DNA of 64,000 nt, taken from positions 41,670-105,669 of the forward strand of contig JAISLQ010000075.1 in assembly GCA_031290885.1 (NCBI GenBank). Direction: 5' to 3'. Origin of the DNA: Acidaminococcales bacterium. Lineage in GTDB: Bacteria > Bacillota > Negativicutes > Acidaminococcales > JAISLQ01. Shown one piece after another: positions 19,401-27,693 of the stretch. Position numbers and translations under genes: made by a program. Position 1 is the stretch's first letter. Each line of letters starts with the position of its first letter. The notes below the pieces were generated by a model that was given only the letters and a program-made list of their open reading frames with translations, was not told the DNA's origin and did not search any database.

Positions 19401-19457
19401 GCCACTATGGACAACCGCGAACCCGGCCCGCGCGTTTATCGCCGGGAAGTCGTTCGC
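19401..19457. repeat. direct repeat copy 2 (att-like), which doubles as the tRNA-Ser terminator stem
   Basis: GCCACTATGGACAACCGCGAACCCGGCCCGCGCGTTTATCGCCGGGAAGTCGTTCGC, followed by TTTTGTTTTT. Confidence 0.9.
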
Positions 19458-19470
19458 TTTTGTTTTTAAT
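19414..19470 (+). terminator. intrinsic terminator (GCGAAC CCGGC ... GCCGG ... GTTCGC + T-run)
   Basis: Nested stems inside repeat copy 2. Only this copy retains the TTTTGTTTTT tail. Confidence 0.6.
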
Positions 19471-19505
19471 CTTGCCTAAGCGCTTGCGCCCTTGTGTCTT
19501 TTACG

Positions 19506-19534
19506 TTGCCCTTATACCTTGTGCATGATAAAAT
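19506..19534 (+). promoter_or_regulatory. promoter TTGCCC-17 nt-TAAAAT with a TG extension
   Basis: Hexamers at 19506-19511 and 19529-19534, with TGA immediately 5' of the -10. Confidence 0.45.
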
Positions 19535-19583
19535 GAATTAGGCATTGGATGATAACGTATCGAAAGCGCAGGAGGTGTGCTTG

Positions 19584-20525
19584 GTGGGGTTTACATATAT
19601 AGATTTATTTGCGGGCATTGGCGGCTTCCATCAGGCGGCCGATGCTCTTGGCGGCGAGTGTGTTTTTGCAAGCGAAATTGATGCAGAAGCTAAGAGAGCA
19701 TATGAAGCGAACTATGGCCTTGCGCCGCATGGAGACATCACGAAAATTATTGCAGACGATATACCTGACCACGATGTGCTATTTGCTGGGTTCCCTTGTC
19801 AACCATTTAGCATTATTGGGAGCAGGCGCGGTTTCGACGATATTCGGGGAACTCTGTTTTTTGAAATCGCCCGCATACTTGAAGGAAAAAAAAATAAGCC
19901 GCAATTGTTCATATTGGAAAATGTTAAACAATTGAGCCGCCATAATAAGGGAAAGACCTTACAAACCATAATTGAAACATTGGAGCAACTCGGATATAAA
20001 GTTAAACATGACATTCTCAATGCTTTAGATTTTGGGTTGCCTCAAAAACGCGAAAGAACGATTATCGTGGGATTCCTAGACCAAAATGTTTCGTTCGCTT
20101 TTCCCGCGGAGAAGACATTGGGCAAGCTTGAAGATGTCTTGGAACCGAATGAAACGGTCGATTCTAAATTTTTTGCCAGTGAACGGATTATAGAAAAAAG
20201 ATTGACAAAACACAGGAGCGAGCATTGCCCTAGCATTTGGCACGAAAACAAAAGTGGCAACATTACGAGTTATCCGTACTCCTGCGCTTTGCGGGCTGGC
20301 GCGTCTTATAACTATTTGTTGGTGAATGGCAAACGGCGTTTGACTCCGCGCGAAATGTTGCGGTTGCAGGGTTTCCCGAATACGTTCAAAATCGTTTGTA
20401 ATGACAGCCAGACTCGCAAGCAAGCAGGCAATGCAGTTCCTGTAAATGTTATAAAAGCTGTGCTAAAGGATGCCCTTTATGCCCAGGCCGAGGTTAAGAG
20501 ACAATCAAAGGAGAGAGCCATTTGA
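19584..20525 (+). CDS. dcm: DNA (cytosine-5)-methyltransferase
   Basis: FAGIGGF (motif I), FPCQPFS (PC motif IV), ENVKQL and QAGNAVPVNV. The listed ORF starts at TTG 19545, but AGGAGG at 19570-19575 favours the TTG at 19581 or the GTG at 19584. Confidence 0.9.
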   Translation: MGFTYIDLFAGIGGFHQAADALGGECVFASEIDAEAKRAYEANYGLAPHGDITKIIADDIPDHDVLFAGFPCQPFSIIGSRRGFDDIRGTLFFEIARILEGKKNKPQLFILENVKQLSRHNKGKTLQTIIETLEQLGYKVKHDILNALDFGLPQKRERTIIVGFLDQNVSFAFPAEKTLGKLEDVLEPNETVDSKFFASERIIEKRLTKHRSEHCPSIWHENKSGNITSYPYSCALRAGASYNYLLVNGKRRLTPREMLRLQGFPNTFKIVCNDSQTRKQAGNAVPVNVIKAVLKDALYAQAEVKRQSKERAI

Positions 20526-20544
20526 GCTTTATCCCCTTGGCCAA

Positions 20545-20712
20545 GTGCCAGACGAGATTATAGTTGGAATAGGCAAATGGATAACATATAGGCATGCCGT
20601 AGGGCAATCCGACATTGACGGCGGCGACTGGGGCGATATCTTTGCAAGAGCAATAGGCGGAGAACATCTTGGCGCTCCGCTTGGGCTTGCCGATGTTTGG
20701 CATGGTTGCCCA
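20545..20712 (+). pseudogene. 5' remnant of a gene downstream of dcm, probably the cognate restriction endonuclease (truncated)
   Basis: An AT-rich in-frame stretch (VPDEIIVGIGKWITYRHAVGQSDIDGGDWGDIFARAIGGEHLGAPLGLADVWHG) breaks off where composition switches to host-like. The rest of listed ORF 20470-21012 runs through a terminator and into the next gene. Confidence 0.3.
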
Positions 20713-20760
20713 TATTGTAAACACGCGAGCATTCGCCCCGAATCCAATCAAAAATATTGG

Positions 20761-20813
20761 TTTTTTCGCCCCGCGCCATCGGCCGCAAGCGGCGATTGCG
20801 CGGGGCGAAAAAA
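20761..20813. terminator. bidirectional intrinsic terminator
   Basis: TTTTTTCGCCCCGCGC ... GCGCGGGGCGAAAAAA; perfect arms with flanking T and A runs. Confidence 0.65.
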
Positions 20814-20851
20814 CCCAAAAAGCAAAACCATGAACACGGGGAGGGCGGCAA

Positions 20852-22129
20852 ATGGCAAACAACCGATTCCCGCGCCAACGGAAAATTATCGCCGGAACAA
20901 TATTGGGAACCATCATTGTTGTTTTCACCAGCTTTGTATTATATGGGGGCATGAAAGCCAGAGGGCTCGTCAAAGAATATATAGCCTCCGAATTTTTAGC
21001 CGGGGAATTTGATTTCGGCGAAGTCAGCGGCGTGTTCAGCGGCGACGTCGTAATAAGGGACATTTTATGGAAAGACCCGGAGGGAAACCCTGTCGTCAAA
21101 ATACCGAGGGCAAAAGCGTATGTGCGCCTGCGGGACATATTGTTCGGCAATTTCGGCGCCAATTCCCTCCGCCGGGTCGAGCTGTCCGAGCCGGAGATAT
21201 ATCTTAAATACGACGAAAAAGACGGGCTGAATATATTCCGTCTGCTGAAAACAAGCACGCCCGCCCCTGCAAGCGGCGAAAAAAAATCAAGTCCTTCCGA
21301 AAACGGGCAAAAGCAAAAGGCGGCCAAATATCAGACGACGCTTGAAATCGACAACGGCTTCACGCTCATAAACAATCAGCGGATAAACATCAATGGCGAA
21401 ATCGTGTTCAGCGACGAAAAAGAGGACTTAAATTTAAAAATTGACTCAAACAAGATTAAAATAGACGCTTTGCTGCCGGGGCTTGGCATATACGACGAAT
21501 TGCTTTTCACCATTGACGCCAAAGGCACGCTGGACAAACCGCAAGCAGAAGGGGAAATATCCATGCCTAAGTTAAATGCGGCCCAGCTGGCTTTGACAAA
21601 CTTGAAAGGCCACTTTGCTTTCAGCGATGGGAACATCAAAGTTTCCGACGCTTCCGCCAATGTATACGGCGGTTCCGTAAAAGGCGGCGGCAACATCAGA
21701 TGGGCGGACAGATCCTTTGAATTTGACGCCGCCGGTTCCGGCATCAACAGCGGAGAATTGAGCGATTCATTGGACGCGCCTGTTTCTTTCAACGCGCACA
21801 TCAGCGGGACAAGCGATTTCAATTCGCTTGTTGCGTCCGGCCCCTTTGCCGTTGGCGCGGGACAAGCCAAAGGCGTCCCGTTCACTTCCATAACCGGCAA
21901 TTTTTACAAACGCGGCGGCAACATGACCTTCAGCAACTTAAACGTGTCAACCGCTGTGGGCAACTTAAAAATCAAGCGGGTCTTTGTAAATGAAAACAAT
22001 AAAATTTCGGTGGACTTCAGCAATCTTTTGGATGACGCCAACGCCGCGCTGAAAAAGCAAGCGGACGCGGCGACCCGAAAAGGGATCAACAAAACATTGG
22101 ATTCTATAAAAAAGGGTTTAAAATTTTAA
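20852..22129 (+). CDS. membrane-anchored AsmA/TamB-like beta-rich protein (hypothetical)
   Basis: 425 aa with an N-terminal TM helix (IIAGTILGTIIVVFTSFVLYGG), then a repetitive G/S/N/D-rich beta-type sequence reminiscent of AsmA-family proteins. GGGGAGGG RBS. Confidence 0.45.
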   Translation: MANNRFPRQRKIIAGTILGTIIVVFTSFVLYGGMKARGLVKEYIASEFLAGEFDFGEVSGVFSGDVVIRDILWKDPEGNPVVKIPRAKAYVRLRDILFGNFGANSLRRVELSEPEIYLKYDEKDGLNIFRLLKTSTPAPASGEKKSSPSENGQKQKAAKYQTTLEIDNGFTLINNQRININGEIVFSDEKEDLNLKIDSNKIKIDALLPGLGIYDELLFTIDAKGTLDKPQAEGEISMPKLNAAQLALTNLKGHFAFSDGNIKVSDASANVYGGSVKGGGNIRWADRSFEFDAAGSGINSGELSDSLDAPVSFNAHISGTSDFNSLVASGPFAVGAGQAKGVPFTSITGNFYKRGGNMTFSNLNVSTAVGNLKIKRVFVNENNKISVDFSNLLDDANAALKKQADAATRKGINKTLDSIKKGLKF

Positions 22130-22840
22130 GCATCCGGGCGCAAACAATCCAAAAAACATCTGCCGGGAAATCCCTGATGGCTGTTTGCGGCGCTAAGCCG
22201 GATATTCCCCCTCCCGGCCCTTTGCCGAAAAAGGCGGCGCGGCCTATGGCGGAGCAAATCAACGACAGCCCGCGCCCAAGAGATTATCTCCGCAAGCCCT
22301 TTGCGTACGGGCTTGCGCGGCGGAATCGCCCCAAAAGCCCCCCTGCGGCTACGGCCATGCAGCACTTGGAAAACGCGTTGTTTAAAACAACGACATGGAT
22401 ACTGTTCGCAGATTAAAACCATACTATCTTTGCGCTCTTGGCCATACCAAAACGAATTGGAAAAATGACGCATTGAACAACAAGGGCGCCCGGGCGATTC
22501 TTGCTTTGCCGGCTCCGGCCGGCAGCATGCGCCCGGCGGCGCTTCTTTTTTTGCCTTCAGGCGTTTTCCAATCGGCTTATCGGTTTGTCTGTGCTTGCCA
22601 ATATGTCCGCCGACAAATTACAGGACGGCTCTCCGCCAAGCTTTTCCCCCTTCGGATGGGGCAGTTGCGCTTTCAATCGGCGGCACTTTTTGCCTGATTA
22701 TAATTTACGGCAATTTGGCCGCATGGCTTTCCCGCTTCCGGCAAAAAAGCCTGCCCATTATTTCTCCGGCAAAAAAAGGGATACGGCGGCTATGCGGCGA
22801 ATATGGCAATATTTGGGTATGTCCGCAAAGGAGGCTCTTC

Positions 22841-24976
22841 ATGGAAAAGGAGATGCTTTTTGCTCTTGATATAGGGACGCGCAGCGTGGTCGGCATCGTC
22901 GCCGAAAAAGAGGACAAAACCATCAACATCATCGCCGTCGACCGCCAAGAACACGTTACCCGCGCCATGCTGGACGGACAGATACACGACGTGCCGCAGG
23001 TGGCGCATACCATCGGCGAAGTGCGCGACCGCCTGGCCAAAAAGACCGGCCATGCCCTGACCAAAGCCTCGGTTGCGGCAGCCGGGCGCGCCCTGATCAC
23101 CATAACCGCCTCATCCGAGCTTGATACCGCCAACATCCTTTCGCTGGACGCGGAAACTGAACAAATGCTGGTCCTTTCCGCCGTGCAGTCGGCTCAGCGC
23201 GGCCTGGCGGCCGACTGCCGGGCGAACGATCCCACCGGCTACTATTGCGTGGGCTATTCGGTCATAGAATTCAAATTGGACGGTTCGCGCCTGTCAACCC
23301 TTATCGGACAAAGGGGGCGGACGGCTTCGGTAACCATCATAGCGACCTTTCTGCCGCGGCCGGTCATAGACTCCATGCAATCCGCCTTGTCCAGCCTGGA
23401 TTTGGAAATAGGCACCATCACCCTGGAGCCGATCGCCGCCATAAATGTCCTCATACCGCCCACCATGCGCCACCTGAACCTGACCTTGGTGGACATAGGC
23501 GCCGGCACTTCCGACGTTGCCATAACTTCGGGCGGATCGGTCATAGGCTTCGGCATGGTGCCCTGCGCCGGCGACGAAGTAACCGAAGCCCTGTCGCAAA
23601 AATATCTTCTGGATTTTAATGTGGCGGAAAAGATAAAAAGGCAGCTCAACGAAAAGCCCAAAAAAATCGAAATGCACGACGTCCTCGGCGGCGTCATACA
23701 CTCCACCCCCAAGGAAATATTGGACAGCATCCGCCCGACCGTCCAAGAATTGGCCGATCTGATTGTCAAAGAAATACTTTCCCTCAACAACAACAACAAC
23801 CCGCAGGCCATACTGCTCATCGGCGGCGGCGCGCTCACGCCCATGCTGCAGGAACTGATCGCCGAGACCATCGGCATGCCGCCGGAAAAAGTCGCCATCC
23901 GCCTGCCTGCGCCCACCCTTCTCCTGCCCAGCATACCGGACGAGCTTTATTCGCCCGAGGCGATAACCCCGCTCGGCATACTTTGCCTCAGCAACAGCGA
24001 CCACCTTAATTTCATAACTATCAGGATGAACAAGCAAGTGCACCGCCTGTTCAACCTCGGCAGCCTGAAAATATCCGATGCCCTGCTGTCGAGCAACATT
24101 GACATCAACAGCATAAAAGGGCGCCCGGGGCTTGGCATAACGGTGGAAGTAAACGGCCAGACCAAATTTATCCCCGGCACTTACGGCACGCCCGGCTCGC
24201 TTGAGCTGAACGGCAAACCGGCGGCCTTAGACGACAAACTTAAAGACGGCGACAAATTAAAAGTAGTAAAAGGCGTTGCCGGCAAACCGCCGAAAAGCCA
24301 TGTCCTCGACATCGTTGACTGTTCCAACATGGGCAACGTCTACGTCAACGGCAAAAAATACCCCCTGATCCCGGTCATCCTCTTGAACGGCGAACCGGCC
24401 GGCCCGTCCTCGCGCCTGTCCGACCGGGACAAAATAGAAGTCCTGCCGCCGGACAACATCGGCCGCCTGCTTGACCAGGCAGGCGTGGATTATGAAGACG
24501 ATGAATTTGAATACGCGGTGAACAAAAACATCATCGGCTACAAATGCCCGCGGCCGATAACCCTGAACGGGCAGAAAGCCAGCCTTTTGTCGCCGGTAAA
24601 ACCGGGGGACGTCATCGGCGTGGAAAAAGGCGAGCGCCCGACATTGGAACAATTGCTCGCGCTGGATGTCGTAACCGTGGATACCATCGAAGTATTCTTT
24701 AATGACGCCCCGGTCAGGATCGCCCGCTCCTTTAAAGAATTTACCGTCAACGGCAAATCGGCCAAGCCCTCTTACGTCCCCAAAGAAACCGACGCGATCG
24801 CTTTCCGGCTGGGCAAAAAAACCCCGATGATTAGCGACGTGCTTTTGGCCGGCGAATTTGACCCGCAAAAAATAGCCAAAGAACGCAAAAACATTGAAAT
24901 CCTCCTAAACGGCGAAAAAACCGAATTCACCGCGCCGGTAAAAAACGGCGACAAAATAACCGTTACCGTCCGCTGA
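22841..24976 (+). CDS. FtsA/actin-fold ATPase fused to repeated ThiS/MoaD-like beta-grasp modules
   Basis: The start is at the ATG after AAAGGAGG. The N-terminal half has ALDIGTRSVVG (phosphate 1), LVDIGAGTSDV (phosphate 2) and LIGGGALTP (adenosine) actin-fold motifs. The C-terminal about 320 aa holds about six xNGxx...(D/N)GDxIxV units. Confidence 0.7.
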   Translation: MEKEMLFALDIGTRSVVGIVAEKEDKTINIIAVDRQEHVTRAMLDGQIHDVPQVAHTIGEVRDRLAKKTGHALTKASVAAAGRALITITASSELDTANILSLDAETEQMLVLSAVQSAQRGLAADCRANDPTGYYCVGYSVIEFKLDGSRLSTLIGQRGRTASVTIIATFLPRPVIDSMQSALSSLDLEIGTITLEPIAAINVLIPPTMRHLNLTLVDIGAGTSDVAITSGGSVIGFGMVPCAGDEVTEALSQKYLLDFNVAEKIKRQLNEKPKKIEMHDVLGGVIHSTPKEILDSIRPTVQELADLIVKEILSLNNNNNPQAILLIGGGALTPMLQELIAETIGMPPEKVAIRLPAPTLLLPSIPDELYSPEAITPLGILCLSNSDHLNFITIRMNKQVHRLFNLGSLKISDALLSSNIDINSIKGRPGLGITVEVNGQTKFIPGTYGTPGSLELNGKPAALDDKLKDGDKLKVVKGVAGKPPKSHVLDIVDCSNMGNVYVNGKKYPLIPVILLNGEPAGPSSRLSDRDKIEVLPPDNIGRLLDQAGVDYEDDEFEYAVNKNIIGYKCPRPITLNGQKASLLSPVKPGDVIGVEKGERPTLEQLLALDVVTVDTIEVFFNDAPVRIARSFKEFTVNGKSAKPSYVPKETDAIAFRLGKKTPMISDVLLAGEFDPQKIAKERKNIEILLNGEKTEFTAPVKNGDKITVTVR

Positions 24977-25052
24977 CCGCCAAAAACGGTTCCTTTGTTT
25001 TTCCCATAGCCGCCTATGCTGCTGGGCGGCAGCGAAGCCCCAAAAGCTGGGA

Positions 25053-25089
25053 TGCTGGACTTGTTTTCCAGTCCAGCCTTTTCTGTCTT
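25053..25089 (+). terminator. intrinsic terminator after the FtsA-like gene
   Basis: GCTGGACT-TGTTTTCC-AGTCCAGC followed by CTTTTCTGTCTTT. Confidence 0.6.
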
Positions 25090-25195
25090 TGGCCGATGCT
25101 TGCCTCTACGATATCCGCGCCGCAACCGGCGCGGTCCGTTCCGTGTTGCAGCCCCGCATTTTAACTTGCCGCTGATTATTGGTAAATGGGAGCGA

Positions 25196-26353
25196 CTATT
25201 TATAAACGCTCTTTTTCACATAGACAATCCCGTCCATAATCCGGCGAGCCGTGCGATAAACGCCGATGCGTTTCATCCGGGGCTGCCCGCCTGAAATGTC
25301 GGCGTCCGACTCTACCGCGATGACGCCGCCCGGATGCCCGATGTTGACGGTAACGCGCCCTTTGGCGCCATCGGCCAATACCTGCCACGCAATGCTGCCC
25401 GGAACGCGCGCCGCGGCTCCGGTACATACCGTGCCCGTTACCGGATAGGTCTTATGCATCCGCTGCATGAACACCAGGCGCGCCACCAAGTCCACTTCGG
25501 ACGCCTTTACCGCCCGGCCGCTGATGCTCATATAATCGGCGCCGGGGCTGACAATGGCCACAAACGGATTGTAGGGGCTTTGGGCAACCGAGTCCTCCAG
25601 CTTGCCAATAAACCCCACGCGCAGTGCCGCCTCGGCGCGAATTCTCTCTATGGCGGCCATCAGCGGCTTGTTTCCCTCAATCTCCTGCGGCGATTCGGTT
25701 CCCTTCAGCCCCAAGCTCCCCGCCTCAACAAACACCGTGGTGGTGCCCGCATCCACAATTGACACCGCGTACTGTTTCCCATCAATATGGAAAACATCCT
25801 GCGCGTGGCCGGTCGGGAGCAGCTTGCCGGTAAAGGCTCCCGCCGTGTCGGCCCAGTCAAGCGTAATCTTCGCGCCGGTTCCCGGGACGCCGTCGATTGC
25901 GAAATCGCCTTCCACCATCGCCTTGCCGCCTTTGACCGGAACTTCCGCCACCAGGATGTTGTCGCTGTTGGTCAGATGGATACGCACCGTTGTAATCGGT
26001 TCCACCGGCGCCACCATCCCTTCGTCGATGGCAAACGGCCCGACCGCCGAAGAGATATTGCCGCAGTTGCCGCCATAGTCAACGGCATCGGTGTCAAAGC
26101 TCACCTGCCCGAAGGTGTAGTCCACATCGGCGCCTTCCCGCGTGGAGGGCGAAATGATCGCCAATTTGCTGGTCAGGACGTCCGCGCCGCCCAGCCCGTC
26201 AATCTGGCGCACGTCGGGGCTTCCGAAAATCGCCCTGATAACCGCGTCCCGTTTCGCCGGATCCTGCGGCAGCTCATTTTTCTTAATGAACACCCCTTTG
26301 CTGGTTCCGCCCCGAACCAGCGCGCAGCGCAGCATTTCCATATCTTGGTACAT
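25196..26353 (-). CDS. PrpF/3-methylitaconate isomerase family protein
   Basis: Start at the ATG after AGGAGG (MYQDMEMLRCALVRGGTSKGVF...). The RGGTSKG motif and length are typical of the PrpF family. Confidence 0.8.
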   Translation of the reverse strand: MYQDMEMLRCALVRGGTSKGVFIKKNELPQDPAKRDAVIRAIFGSPDVRQIDGLGGADVLTSKLAIISPSTREGADVDYTFGQVSFDTDAVDYGGNCGNISSAVGPFAIDEGMVAPVEPITTVRIHLTNSDNILVAEVPVKGGKAMVEGDFAIDGVPGTGAKITLDWADTAGAFTGKLLPTGHAQDVFHIDGKQYAVSIVDAGTTTVFVEAGSLGLKGTESPQEIEGNKPLMAAIERIRAEAALRVGFIGKLEDSVAQSPYNPFVAIVSPGADYMSISGRAVKASEVDLVARLVFMQRMHKTYPVTGTVCTGAAARVPGSIAWQVLADGAKGRVTVNIGHPGGVIAVESDADISGGQPRMKRIGVYRTARRIMDGIVYVKKSVYK

Positions 26354-26528
26354 TCGCGCGTCCTCCTTTGCGTTGGCGCGGCCATCGTCGCTTTGTCCCG
26401 CTCGGAGGCCGCCGCCTTTTTTCTTTTTCACGCCTTTTTTCAATCGGCCGGTTTTAATTTGTCATCGGGCAACAAGCGCGGCCAACGGTTGCGGCAGCGC
26501 CGCGCTTAAGGCTGGCGGGGCGTGCCCG

Positions 26529-27416
26529 TTATTTGCTTTTGGCGCCGCCGTATTTTTCTTCAATGGCGCGAATCCCGTCCAGCCCGATAAAGCGGTTAAA
26601 TTCGGGGAAGGGCAGCATCTTGCTCTCTATAAGGCGCTCGGTCGTGCCCGCCTTTTTGAGTTCCTGAAGATAATCCATCACCGCTTTTGCGCAAACATAA
26701 GTGGAAGCGACGCAGAAAATCACTATCGCATAACCGATGGCCTGCAACTCCCGCGCGCTTTTGAGCGGCGTGCGCCCTTTTTCCAGCATGTTGGCCAATA
26801 CCGGCGCGTCAAAGCTATCCGTGATTTGCTTCATCTCCTCCTCGCTCTCGGGCGATTCGATGAACAACACGTCCGCGCCGGCCTTTTCGTAAAGCTTTCC
26901 GCGGCGGATGGCTTCTTCAATGCCGTGGTCGGTCCTGGCGTCGGTACGGGCAACAATGACAAAATCCTTGTCCTTGCGCGCATCGGCGGCCGCCTGAATT
27001 TTGCCGGCCATTTCCTCGGCCGGAACCACTTCGCGCCCCAGCATGTGCCCGCACTTTTTGGGCGCAACCTGGTCTTCAAGCTGAATGGCCGCAACCCCGG
27101 CCGCCTCATACTCGCGCACTGCCCGCTGGACATTGACCGCATTGCCGAAGCCGGTGTCGCCGTCGGCAATCACCGGGATATTTACCGCGCCGGCAAAACG
27201 GCGCGCTTGATAAGCCATTTCGCTCAAGGTCAGCAAGCCGACATCGGGTTGCCCCAGCAAACTGGCCGCGGCGCCGTATCCGGTAAGGTAGACGGCGTTA
27301 AAGCCGGCCGCTTCCACCAAACGGGCGCTCAGCGCATCGTGCGCGCCCGGCGCAACCAGAATTTCCCCCCGCTGCCCCTTTTCCAAAAGTTTCCGCAGTT
27401 GTGTTGTCGCTTTCAT
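26529..27416 (-). CDS. isocitrate lyase/PEP mutase family enzyme (methylisocitrate lyase or dimethylmalate lyase-like)
   Basis: 295 aa with APGAHDALSARL, YLTGYG, IADGDTGFG and KKCGH motifs of the ICL/PEPM family. Confidence 0.8.
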   Translation of the reverse strand: MKATTQLRKLLEKGQRGEILVAPGAHDALSARLVEAAGFNAVYLTGYGAAASLLGQPDVGLLTLSEMAYQARRFAGAVNIPVIADGDTGFGNAVNVQRAVREYEAAGVAAIQLEDQVAPKKCGHMLGREVVPAEEMAGKIQAAADARKDKDFVIVARTDARTDHGIEEAIRRGKLYEKAGADVLFIESPESEEEMKQITDSFDAPVLANMLEKGRTPLKSARELQAIGYAIVIFCVASTYVCAKAVMDYLQELKKAGTTERLIESKMLPFPEFNRFIGLDGIRAIEEKYGGAKSK

Positions 27417-27693
27417 TGGCGTCTCTCCTTTAGCCTTATTTTTAAATTAGAGCCTGTCCGCGCTATCCGAAAATGTTCAAGCTTTGAGCGATTTTTTCGT
27501 CAGGCGCGGCGCAAAACGCAGGCGAAACCTTATGTTCAGCGCGGCTTTAGGGCAAAGCATGGCGGAAAATCCGCCATCATGGGCGTTGAGCGGCATTGCC
27601 AGCAGGCTCCAAACCCGCCGCTGCCCTCTGGCCCGTCGCAAGGCGGACATGATCCTTTTTCTTCGCTCTAAACCACCGGGGCAGGCTATGCCG

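Larger units (their letters stand above)
17390..19457 (+). mobile_element. 2-kb tRNA-Ser-associated R-M cassette bounded by 57-bp direct repeats (decayed integrative element)
   Basis: Direct repeats sit at 17390-17446 and 19401-19457 (54/57 identical). The interior is AT-rich and holds an R gene, an M gene and a recombinase fragment. Confidence 0.6.

Noticed and set aside
20470-21012. 180-aa ORF spanning the dcm stop, a terminator and the start of the AsmA-like gene.
   Set aside because: Only the first 55 or so codons after GTG 20545 look like real AT-rich coding sequence. The rest crosses a perfect bidirectional terminator and overlaps the next gene out of frame. It is treated as a truncated remnant.
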